DNA from: Aeromicrobium sp.
GTDB taxonomy: Bacteria; Actinomycetota; Actinomycetes; Propionibacteriales; Nocardioidaceae
Length of the DNA: 45,111 nt
Assembly (NCBI GenBank): GCA_040514145.1
Contig: JBEVDF010000037.1
Location: forward strand, 1-45,111
Direction: 5' to 3'
Each line of letters opens with the position of its first letter. The first letter of the stretch is position 1. A program made the translations under genes and the position numbers. This document shows, piece by piece, positions 1 through 7,920 of the stretch. The notes beneath the pieces were generated by a model. That model was not told the DNA's origin. It saw only the letters and a list, made by a program, of their open reading frames with translations, and searched no databases.

Positions 1-1
1 C

Positions 2-577
2 TGGAATCCGGACGCCCCGAGCGAACCGTTTCCCACAGAGCGGGTGCCCGACCCGTTCTACTGCCGTCCTGAGGCGCCCTTCCCGAACGACGACTGCATC
101 ACCCGACCGGACCCGGTGGAGCCAACGGAGGCCCCGGAACGGGACGTGACACCCGGCGACGTCGTGGAGGCGGTCGAACGGGTCGGGCTCCCCCGACTGC
201 GGGTGGCCGTGCAGCCCGCCGGCTCGACGCTGGTGAACCTCGAGACGATCTTCCACACCAGCGCGGCGCCGTTCGAGGAGACCGTGGACATCCTCGACTC
301 CACCGTCGACCTGCGCGCCACACCCGCGAGCTACACCTGGCACCACGGCGACGGCACCACCCAGACCACCACCGGTCCGGGTCGCCCCTATCCCGCGCTC
401 GACGTCATCCACCGCTACCGTCGGCCCGGCCGGGTCAGTGCCCGCGTCGACGTCACCTATCGCGTCACGTACCGGATCGACGACGGCGCGTGGCAGGAAC
501 TCGACACGACCATCTCCGCCACGGGACCGGCCACCGCGCTGCGGATCCGCGAGGCTCGGCCCGTCCTCACCCGCTGA
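2..577 (+). CDS. Hypothetical actinobacterial protein with a PKD/Ig-like C-terminal region, 5'-truncated by the window edge
   Basis: Frame is open from nt 2. The 'YTWHHGDGT...HRYRRPG...V.V.Y' pattern resembles PKD-like domains, preceded by a Pro-rich linker. Confidence 0.55.
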   Translation, partial: WNPDAPSEPFPTERVPDPFYCRPEAPFPNDDCITRPDPVEPTEAPERDVTPGDVVEAVERVGLPRLRVAVQPAGSTLVNLETIFHTSAAPFEETVDILDSTVDLRATPASYTWHHGDGTTQTTTGPGRPYPALDVIHRYRRPGRVSARVDVTYRVTYRIDDGAWQELDTTISATGPATALRIREARPVLTR

Positions 578-585
578 ACCGGCGA

Positions 586-654
586 AGATGTGTAGCGGTG
601 TCCACCGAGTTCACGGCGGAACCGCCGAATTTGGGTGGATACCGCTACACATCT
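586..654. repeat. Long palindrome/hairpin between convergent genes (REP-like element or bidirectional terminator)
   Basis: AGATGTGTAGCGGTGTCCACC (586-606) pairs with GGTGGATACCGCTACACATCT (634-654) with one G-T pair; the interior also pairs. Confidence 0.75.
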
Positions 655-685
655 CGCGCGCGGGACGCGCGGCGGCGCGGGCAGC

Positions 686-1378
686 TCAGGGCCAGAGGGC
701 GGTGAGCTCGGAGACCGAGAGGACGCGGCCGGTGTAGAAGGGCAGCTCCTCGCGCACGTGGTGGCGGGCGCCGGTGGCGCGCAGCTCGCGCATCAGATCG
801 ACGATCCGGTGCAGCTCGTCGGCCTCGAACGCCAGCAGCCACTCGTAGTCGCCCAGGGCGAACGACGCGATGGTGTTCGCGCGGACGTCGGCGTAGTCGC
901 GGGCCGCCTCGCCGTGCTCACGCAGCAGGTCGCGACGCTCGTCGTCGGGCAGCAGGTACCACTCGTACGACCGCACGAACGGGTACACGCAGATGTACTT
1001 GGGCGTGTGCTCGTCGGCCAGGAAGTTCGGCACGTGCGAGCGGTTGAACTCCGCCGGACGGTGCAGCCCGGCGTTCGACCACACCGGCGCGAGATGCGTG
1101 CCGAGCTCGGTGCGGCGGAAGGCGTTGTACGCGTCCTGCAGGGCGTCGGCCGTGGGCGCGTGCCACCAGATCATCAGGTCGGCCTCGGCGCGCATGCCGC
1201 TCACGTCGTACGTGCCACGCACCACGACGTCGTCGAACGTCGCGAAGAGCCCGTCGACCTCAGCCGCCATGGCGGCACGGTCGCCGTCGCCCAGCGGACG
1301 CTCGACCCGGAACACCGAGTACATCGCGTAGCGGATGGTGGAGTTGATCTGCTCAGGGTCGACCTCGTGCGAACTCAT
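686..1378 (-). CDS. hemQ: Coproheme decarboxylase (HemQ/ChdC, chlorite-dismutase family)
   Basis: Motifs '[11 protein letters not shown]', '[13 protein letters not shown]', '[14 protein letters not shown]'; start overlaps the hemG stop; GAGAAT-N6-ATG upstream. Confidence 0.93.
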   Translation of the reverse strand: MSSHEVDPEQINSTIRYAMYSVFRVERPLGDGDRAAMAAEVDGLFATFDDVVVRGTYDVSGMRAEADLMIWWHAPTADALQDAYNAFRRTELGTHLAPVWSNAGLHRPAEFNRSHVPNFLADEHTPKYICVYPFVRSYEWYLLPDDERRDLLREHGEAARDYADVRANTIASFALGDYEWLLAFEADELHRIVDLMRELRATGARHHVREELPFYTGRVLSVSELTALWP

Positions 1379-2724
1379 ACGTCCATTCTCTCCCGGTGGA
1401 CGGTTCGCTCGGCCGCTGCCCTCCCGGTGGCCACCACGGCCGCAATTCCCACGCCCTCGTACGCGGCGCCGCACACCTCGAGGCCGGGCACCGCGGCGAC
1501 GTCGTCGAGCACGGTCCGGACCAGGTCGCGGTGCCCGACCTCGTACTGCGGCAGCCCTCCACCCCAGCGCTGGACCGCCGACGCCGTCACCGAGCCCAGC
1601 GCGCCGGACGGCTCGATGACCGAGCGCAGGTCCGCGACCGCAACGTCGACGAGCGAGGCGTCGTCGCGCTGCAGCAGCGCCGTGTCGCCCGCACGACCGA
1701 TGGACGCGCGCAGGACCGTCGCGCCCCCGGCCGCCTCGGCGAGCCAGGCCCACTTGCGCGAGGAGAACGTGGCGGCCTTGATCTCGAGCGGCTCCACGGG
1801 CGGAACCAGGAACCCGGTGGCCGACGGCAGGTCGGCACCCTCGAGCAGGAGCGACACGACCACCATCGAGGCGTAGTCGACACCCGCCAGCGCGAAGGCT
1901 GCCTTCGGGGCGACCTCGGCCAGCAAACGGGACGCCGCCGGCGCCGGAGCGGCCATCACCACGGCGTCGAAGTGCTCGCGCACGGGCGCCGTCGTCGGGC
2001 CCACGACCAGCTCCCACCCGGTGCCGTCGCGGCGGACGGATCGCACGGTGGCGCCGGTGCGCACCTCGAAGCCTCCGGCCTCGACGACGGCCGCGGGAAT
2101 CCGCCCGACTCCCCCGCGCACGCCGACCAGCGCCGGGCCGGAGGCTTTCGGGGCGCCAGCGCGCGCCGCGGCACCGGCCACCAGGTCCGGACCGAGCTCG
2201 GCGATCACCGGGGCCGCGGATCGCAGCGAGAGCCGGTCGGCGTGCCCTGCGTAGACGCCCCCGAGCAGCGGCTCGACCAGGCGGTCCACCACCTCACGCC
2301 CCAGCCGGTCGCCCACGAACTGCGCGACCGAGACGTCCTCGTCCGGCACGGGCAGCGCCGTCGAGGTCACCGGCCCGGCGAGGACCCCGGAGGCGTCGAG
2401 CGCCGCGAGGTCGGACGGGACGCCCATGATCGTCGGCGGGAGCGCGCGCAGCGCCCCGCGACTCCACACCATCGACGGGAGCGGCTCGGGCGCGACGACG
2501 TCGGCGGAGAGGCCGACGGCCTCGACGAGGTCGAGTGCCTCGGGACGACGCGCGAGCATCGCCTCGGCTCCGACGTCGACCGTCAGGTCGCCGAGTCGCC
2601 CCTGGCGGACCTTGCCGCCGATCGCGGGCGATCCCTCCAGCACGACCGGCTCGGCGCCCGCGGCGGCCAGGTGGAAGGCCGCCGACAGCCCGGCGATCCC
2701 GCCGCCGACGACGGCGACCCGCAC
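1375..2724 (-). CDS. hemG: Coproporphyrinogen/protoporphyrinogen oxidase (HemY/CgoX type)
   Basis: FAD-binding GGGIAG, '[10 protein letters not shown]', 'GFLVP', 'RWGGGLPQY'; lies between hemE and hemQ. Confidence 0.92.
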   Translation of the reverse strand: MRVAVVGGGIAGLSAAFHLAAAGAEPVVLEGSPAIGGKVRQGRLGDLTVDVGAEAMLARRPEALDLVEAVGLSADVVAPEPLPSMVWSRGALRALPPTIMGVPSDLAALDASGVLAGPVTSTALPVPDEDVSVAQFVGDRLGREVVDRLVEPLLGGVYAGHADRLSLRSAAPVIAELGPDLVAGAAARAGAPKASGPALVGVRGGVGRIPAAVVEAGGFEVRTGATVRSVRRDGTGWELVVGPTTAPVREHFDAVVMAAPAPAASRLLAEVAPKAAFALAGVDYASMVVVSLLLEGADLPSATGFLVPPVEPLEIKAATFSSRKWAWLAEAAGGATVLRASIGRAGDTALLQRDDASLVDVAVADLRSVIEPSGALGSVTASAVQRWGGGLPQYEVGHRDLVRTVLDDVAAVPGLEVCGAAYEGVGIAAVVATGRAAAERTVHRERMDV

Positions 2725-2725
2725 G

Positions 2726-3787
2726 TCAGGCCTCCGGCTCGTACGAGTGGACGAAGTCGACCAGGCGCGTCAGCGCGTCGGCGTCGGTCGCCGGCAGCAC
2801 GCCGTGGCCGAGGTTGAAGACGTGGCCCTTTGCCGCGCGACCGGCCTCGATGACCTGCGCCGCGCGGGCGTGCAGGAGATCGGTGGGCGCGAACAGCAGC
2901 GTGGGGTCGAGGTTGCCCTGCACGGCGCGATCGCCGACGCGGTTGATCGCATCATCCAGGGGCACACGCCAGTCGACGCCCACAACGTCGGCGCCCGCCT
3001 CGCCCATCCGCGACAGCAGCTCACCGGTGCCGACGCCGAAGTGGATCCGCGGCACGTCGAGGTCGGCGACCGACGCGAGGACGGCCTCGGAGTGCGGTCG
3101 CACGTAGGTGTCGTAGTCGGAGGGCGACAGGGCGCCCGCCCACGAGTCGAACAGCTGGATCGCCGACGCGCCCGCCTCGACCTGGAGCCGCAGGAACTGG
3201 CCCGCGATCGCGGCGATCCGCCCGAGCAGCGCGTGCCACAGGTCGGGATCGCGGTACATCAGCTCCTTGGTGCGCCGGTGGTCGCGCGAGGGGCCGCCCT
3301 CGACGAGGTAGGACGCCAGCGTGAACGGGGCGCCGGCGAAGCCGATCAGCGGCGTCTCCCCCAGCTCGCCGACGAGGCCACGCACGGCGTCGGTGATCGA
3401 GGTGACGTCATCGGGCTCGAGGTCACGCAGGCTGCCGAGCTGGTCGGCCGAGCGGATCGGGTCGGCCACCACGGGCCCCGTGCCCGGCACGATGTCCAGG
3501 TCGACGCCGATCGCCTTCAGCGGCACGACGATGTCGGAGAAGAAGATGGCCGCGTCGACGCCGTGGCGGCGGACCGGCTGCATCGTGATCTCGACGACCA
3601 TGTCGGTGCGAAAGCACGACTCCAGCATCGGTACGCCCTCGCGGATCGCGAGGTACTCCGGGAGTGAGCGCCCCGCCTGACGCATGAACCAGACCGGCGT
3701 GTGGGAGGGCTCGAATCCACGGCACGCACGCAGGAACGGGCTCGTGATGGCGCTGTCGACGGAGGCGTCGCGAACATCGTTGGTCAC
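2726..3787 (-). CDS. hemE: Uroporphyrinogen decarboxylase
   Basis: '[15 protein letters not shown]', '[13 protein letters not shown]', 'FNLGHGVLP'. Confidence 0.96.
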   Translation of the reverse strand: MTNDVRDASVDSAITSPFLRACRGFEPSHTPVWFMRQAGRSLPEYLAIREGVPMLESCFRTDMVVEITMQPVRRHGVDAAIFFSDIVVPLKAIGVDLDIVPGTGPVVADPIRSADQLGSLRDLEPDDVTSITDAVRGLVGELGETPLIGFAGAPFTLASYLVEGGPSRDHRRTKELMYRDPDLWHALLGRIAAIAGQFLRLQVEAGASAIQLFDSWAGALSPSDYDTYVRPHSEAVLASVADLDVPRIHFGVGTGELLSRMGEAGADVVGVDWRVPLDDAINRVGDRAVQGNLDPTLLFAPTDLLHARAAQVIEAGRAAKGHVFNLGHGVLPATDADALTRLVDFVHSYEPEA

Positions 3788-3853
3788 GTCACGAGTCTGT
3801 CACGCCTGCGTGTCGAGCCCTCAGCCCCCGCATTCCGTGCCTAAGATCACCGT

Positions 3854-4432
3854 GTGGGCGCCCGAACCAAGCTTGAAGGCATCCCGGCACCGTTCACGCG
3901 GGCTGTCGAGGAGGTCAAGCGCGCCGTGGCGCGCCCCGAGCTCGAGCTCGGCGAGATGCCGGCTCCGCAGCGCATCGCCCCGTTCGCCCACGCCATGACC
4001 GCCGATGTGGTCGTCGCCGACGCCGAGCTGGGCACCGGACGATTCATCCTGCTGCACGACCCGGCCGGCAACGACGTCTGGAACGGCACGTTCCGGTGCG
4101 TCACGTTCGCCCGGGCCGACATCGAGCAGGAGATGGCCACCGACCCGCTCATCACCCAGGTCGGCTGGAGCTGGCTGACCGACGCGCTCGATGGCGCGGG
4201 GGCCGAGCACACCAACCCCGCCGGCAGCATCACGGTCGTGCGCTCCGAAGGCTTCGGCGCGATGACCGACGACGAGACCGACGCCCAGATCGAGGTGCGC
4301 GCCTCCTGGACGCCGCACGGGGGCCTCGAGGCCCACGCCTCGGCCTGGATGGAGCTCCTCGGCAAGCTCGCCGGCCTGCCGCCCCTGGCACCCGGCGTCG
4401 TCCCCCTCACCCGTAGGCGCACAGCCCGTTGA
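3854..4432 (+). CDS. DUF3000 family protein
   Basis: 'PAPQRIAP', 'GRFILLHDP', 'WSWL', 'EVRASWTP'; typical position divergent from hemE and upstream of rnd; TAAGAT-N6-GTG start. Confidence 0.85.
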   Translation: MGARTKLEGIPAPFTRAVEEVKRAVARPELELGEMPAPQRIAPFAHAMTADVVVADAELGTGRFILLHDPAGNDVWNGTFRCVTFARADIEQEMATDPLITQVGWSWLTDALDGAGAEHTNPAGSITVVRSEGFGAMTDDETDAQIEVRASWTPHGGLEAHASAWMELLGKLAGLPPLAPGVVPLTRRRTAR

Positions 4433-5664
4433 CGAACGAACCCGAAGAGATCACTGACGAGGCGCCCGAGCCCGTCCTCCCCCGACTCGGCCTCCGCGAG
4501 CCGCTCACCCCCGTGGTCGAGACCGACGACGCCCTGGCGCGCGCCTGCGCCGAGATCTCGCTCGGCGAGGGCCCGATCGCCCTCGACGCCGAGCGCGCCT
4601 CGGGCTACCGCTACTCCCAGCGCGCCTACCTCGTGCAGGTCCGCCGTGAGGGTTCGGGCACGTGGCTGATCGACCCGATCGCCTTCCCCGACCTCAGTGA
4701 GCTGAACCTGGCCTTCGGTGACGCGGAGTGGATCCTGCACGCCGCCACCCAGGATCTCCCCTGCCTGGCCGAGATCGGGCTGCGGCCCGCCTCGCTGTTC
4801 GACACCGAGCTCGCCGGCCGGCTGCTGAACCTGCCACGCGTCGGCTTGGCGGCCCTCGTCGAGCACTACCTGGGCATGAGCCTGGCCAAGGAGTTCTCGG
4901 CCGCCGACTGGTCCACCCGGCCGCTGCCCGAGCCGTGGCTGGAGTACGCGGCGCTCGACGTGGAGGTCCTGCTCGAGCTGCGCGAGCTCGTGCTGGCCGA
5001 CCTGGTGGCCGCGGGCAAGGACGGCTGGGCCCGCGAGGAGTTCGACGCGCTGCTGTCGTTCACCGGTCCGCCCGAGCGCAAGGACCCGTGGAGACGCACC
5101 TCCAGCATCCACAAGATCCGCAGCCGTCGCGCCCTCGCGATCGTCCGGGCCCTGTGGCACACCCGCGACGAGATCGCCGCCGACCGCGACATCACGCCGG
5201 GCCGCATCCTGCCCGATGCGTCGATCGTGTCGCTGGCCACGCAGGCGCCCGACTCGCTCAACGCGCTCAAGAACGACCCCACGATGCGCCGCCGCGGCCC
5301 GCGCCGGTTCCTCGACGACTGGTTCGACGCCATCGAGTCGGCGCTCGGCCTGCCCGACGACGAGCTGCCCACCTCGGGCCAGCGCACCGACGGTCCCCCG
5401 CCGCCGCGCGCCTGGGCCGACAAGGACCCGGTCGCCGCCGCCCGACTGGCGCGCGTGCGCGCCGAGGTCACCCGGATCGCCGAGCAGCACAACCTCCCGG
5501 CCGAGAACCTCATCGGTCCGGCCATCGTGCGCGCACTGGCCTGGCAGCCGCCGTCCGACCTCGATCCGGCATCGATCGCCGAGGAGCTGCGCCGTCGCGG
5601 CAGCCGGAACTGGCAGATCGAGCTCGTCGCGGCGCCCATCGCCGCCGCACTCGTCGATCCCTGA
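4429..5664 (+). CDS. rnd: Ribonuclease D (DEDDy 3'-5' exonuclease plus HRDC domain)
   Basis: 'ALDAERASGYRY', 'ILHAATQDL', 'FDTELAG', 'DWSTRPL', 'YAALDVE'; HRDC-like C-terminal half; the TTG start is approximate. Confidence 0.92.
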   Translation: MTNEPEEITDEAPEPVLPRLGLREPLTPVVETDDALARACAEISLGEGPIALDAERASGYRYSQRAYLVQVRREGSGTWLIDPIAFPDLSELNLAFGDAEWILHAATQDLPCLAEIGLRPASLFDTELAGRLLNLPRVGLAALVEHYLGMSLAKEFSAADWSTRPLPEPWLEYAALDVEVLLELRELVLADLVAAGKDGWAREEFDALLSFTGPPERKDPWRRTSSIHKIRSRRALAIVRALWHTRDEIAADRDITPGRILPDASIVSLATQAPDSLNALKNDPTMRRRGPRRFLDDWFDAIESALGLPDDELPTSGQRTDGPPPPRAWADKDPVAAARLARVRAEVTRIAEQHNLPAENLIGPAIVRALAWQPPSDLDPASIAEELRRRGSRNWQIELVAAPIAAALVDP

Positions 5665-5733
5665 TCCGACGCGATCGACTCGACACCGGACAACTCCTCC
5701 CGGTGTCACGGGCGCGGGTTTACGCTCGAACGC

Positions 5734-6324
5734 ATGGCCGACTTCCACAAGCCGTCGTTGCCCGGGGCCGCCGTGTTCGACTCCGTGCCCGACCCGGACG
5801 ACCCGGCGGAGCGAACCGCCGCCGGCCACCGCATCGCCTCCCTGCTGGTCCGTGGGGCGCACGACCGCGCCGACCGCGACCTGATCGACCGGGTGCTGCA
5901 CCTGGCCGACTCCGAGGGCATGGGCGTGATCGCCGAGCTGTGGGCCAAGGCCCCCGCCGAGACCGTGGCGGGCGCCCTCTGGCGGCTCTACGCGCTGCGC
6001 ACCTGGGTGCACCACAACCCGGTCCAGGCGTCGCGCGAGTTCGCCGAGGGCCGCGCCTTCGCCCCGGTGCAGGAGGTCCTCGCCGGTGTCGTCGACCCGC
6101 CGGGACCTCGCGAGGTCGTCGAGCTGGTCGACACCGTCGTGCGGGGCATCGTCGCCGCGGACTTCGACGTCGCACTCGACCGCGCGGCCGCCTTCGCCCA
6201 CATCGTCGGCGTGGGCCGCGGCCAGATGGACGGCGGCGACCCCGCCAGCGCCGCCCGCCTGGTCGACACCGCCCGCCATCTGCGGGCCGCCGCCGAGGCG
6301 GAGCGCCTCGGCGAGCTGCACTGA
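5734..6324 (+). CDS. Conserved actinobacterial hypothetical protein (helical, function unknown)
   Basis: Host-like codon usage and TACGCT-N7-ATG leaderless start. Motif 'ELWAKAPAETVAGALWRLY'; I recall similar proteins being mislabelled as RNA polymerase beta, but this is not RpoB. Confidence 0.75.
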   Translation: MADFHKPSLPGAAVFDSVPDPDDPAERTAAGHRIASLLVRGAHDRADRDLIDRVLHLADSEGMGVIAELWAKAPAETVAGALWRLYALRTWVHHNPVQASREFAEGRAFAPVQEVLAGVVDPPGPREVVELVDTVVRGIVAADFDVALDRAAAFAHIVGVGRGQMDGGDPASAARLVDTARHLRAAAEAERLGELH

Positions 6325-6339
6325 GCCGCTCAGGCCCCG

Positions 6340-6370
6340 ACGCGCCGGCTCGGTGAGTTGTCCGGCGCGT
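6340..6370. terminator. GC-rich hairpin after the 5734-6324 gene
   Basis: ACGCGCCGG (6340-6348) / CCGGCGCGT (6362-6370); no U-tract. Confidence 0.45.
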
Positions 6371-6401
6371 GAGATTGGGTTCTGTCGTCTAAAGTGGTGC
6401 C

Positions 6402-6484
6402 CGCGCCGGGTCGAGGTAGCCCCGGGTCCCAAAATCAGCCGCTACGAGCGGCCACGCGCCGTGAGGCGCTCCCGACCCGGCGCG
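6402..6484 (+). ncRNA. Candidate structured small RNA (multi-way junction, family not recognised)
   Basis: A perfect 12-bp closing stem 6402-6413/6473-6484 encloses hairpins GCCGC-UACGA-GCGGC (6438-6452) and GCGCC-GUGA-GGCGC (6456-6469, GNRA loop). TAAAGT -10-like box at 6390-6395; pyrimidine tail after 6484. Confidence 0.6.
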
Positions 6485-6509
6485 CCCCTTCTTCTCGTGT
6501 CCCGCGCGA

Positions 6510-7478
6510 TCAGCGCGGAGCGAACGTCGTGTACGAGTGCGCCGGTGCCATCAGGGCGTCCAGGGCGGCCGAGTCCTCCGCGGTCGGGGTCCAGCTCGCG
6601 GCGGCCACGTTCGCCGCCACCTGCTCGGGACGCGAGACGCCCGCGATCACCGACGACACGGCCGGTCGCGACGCGAGTCCGCCGATCGCCAGCTCGAGCA
6701 GCGTGATGCCACGCTCATCGGCGAACGCCTGCAGCGCATCGATCCGCTCCCAGTCCGCGTCCTTCCAGCGCGCCCGCTGTCCGGCCAGGCGCGTGCCCGC
6801 CTCGGGCTCGGCATCGCGCGAGTACTTGCCGGTGAGCAGCCCGTAGGCCAGCGGGAAGTACGGGAGCAGGCCCACCCCCAGCTCGAGACACGCCGGCACG
6901 AGCTCGACCTCGGCCGCGGGGTTGTAGAGCGAGTACTCGTTCTGCGCGGTCGCGAAGTGGGCGAGCCCTGCAGTCCGCGAGATCCAGTCGGCGTCGACGA
7001 GCTGCCAAGCGGCGAAGTTCGAGCAGCCGATCGCGCGGACCTTGCCCTCGTCGACCAGCTCGGTCAACGCGCCGAGCGTCTCCTCGACGGGAGTTCCCGG
7101 ATCCGGGGTGTGCAGCTGGTAGAGGTCGATGACGTCGGTGCCGAGCCGGCGCAGGCTGGCCTCGGCCGCACGGCGGACGTAGGCCGCGCTCCCCCGTCGT
7201 CCGCCGTCGTCGCCGTTGCGCCCCTGCATGTCCATCCCGAACTTCGTCGCGATGACCACCTCGTCGCGGCGACCCTGCAACGCGGCACCGAGGAGCGTCT
7301 CGCTCTCGCCCAGGGAGTACGTGTCAGCGGTGTCGAAGAACCGCACCCCGTGCTCGAACGCGGCGTCGACGACGGCGGTCACCTGGTCACCGTCGATGCG
7401 CGCCCCGAACGCGTTGCAGCCGATCCCGACGGGGCCGACGTCGATACCGCTCGTTCCCAGGACATGTCGTGTGCTCAC
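6510..7478 (-). CDS. Aldo/keto reductase
   Basis: 'FFDTADTYS', 'IATKFG', 'SLRRLGTDVIDLYQLH', 'GKVRAIGCSNF', 'PYFPLAYGLLTGKY'; TACGGT-N6-GTG start on the minus strand. Confidence 0.93.
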   Translation of the reverse strand: MSTRHVLGTSGIDVGPVGIGCNAFGARIDGDQVTAVVDAAFEHGVRFFDTADTYSLGESETLLGAALQGRRDEVVIATKFGMDMQGRNGDDGGRRGSAAYVRRAAEASLRRLGTDVIDLYQLHTPDPGTPVEETLGALTELVDEGKVRAIGCSNFAAWQLVDADWISRTAGLAHFATAQNEYSLYNPAAEVELVPACLELGVGLLPYFPLAYGLLTGKYSRDAEPEAGTRLAGQRARWKDADWERIDALQAFADERGITLLELAIGGLASRPAVSSVIAGVSRPEQVAANVAAASWTPTAEDSAALDALMAPAHSYTTFAPR

Positions 7479-7509
7479 GCACCCACCGTAGGGCGGATAC
7501 ACTCGGCGG

Positions 7510-7854
7510 GTGATCCGGACCACGCACGCCACGCGACGCCTCGTCGCGGCCCTGGCTGCCGTGCTGCTCGCCGGCATGCTCGGACTGGGTGCGCTCGCCG
7601 GGTTCTCCGGCTCCGAACGGCGTGCCCCGGGCACGACGATGTCGGCCGGGGACGAGCCCGCGCAGCCGCGGGTCACGGTGGCCAAGGCCACCTCGGACGA
7701 CCATTCCGTGTCGGTCGACCTGCCCGCGGGCATGCTCGACACCCCCCTGTCGCTGATCGCGGCAGCCCTCATGGCGCTCGCCGCGGCGCTGGTCGCCGCA
7801 CAGGTGGGCCGGGCGGTTCCCGCCCCGGCCGGGCGCGCTCCGCCGCTGGCCTGA
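7510..7854 (+). CDS. apdA: ApdA-like ribosome-arrest leader peptide upstream of secDF
   Basis: N-terminal signal/TM segment, a second hydrophobic stretch, and C-terminal 'GRAPPLA*' (RAPP motif), ending 66 nt before secDF; TACACT-N6-GTG start. Confidence 0.72.
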   Translation: MIRTTHATRRLVAALAAVLLAGMLGLGALAGFSGSERRAPGTTMSAGDEPAQPRVTVAKATSDDHSVSVDLPAGMLDTPLSLIAAALMALAAALVAAQVGRAVPAPAGRAPPLA

Positions 7855-7920
7855 CCGACTCCGGTCCGTCTTCGCCACCCCTCGTACTTCGCCGTCCCCG
7901 GCCCCCATCGAAAGTCACCC

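Noticed and set aside
5704-5726. TGTCAC...TACGCT as a possible PafBC promoter
   Set aside because: Two mismatches to TGTCGG and 11-nt spacing; too weak.
5734-6324. RNA polymerase beta subunit label
   Set aside because: Only 196 aa and lacks RpoB motifs.
6402-6484. tRNA, SRP RNA or self-cleaving ribozyme identity for the structured element
   Set aside because: No TTCRA T-loop or anticodon arm, no SRP GGAA/AGCAG motif, and no hammerhead or HDV core visible.
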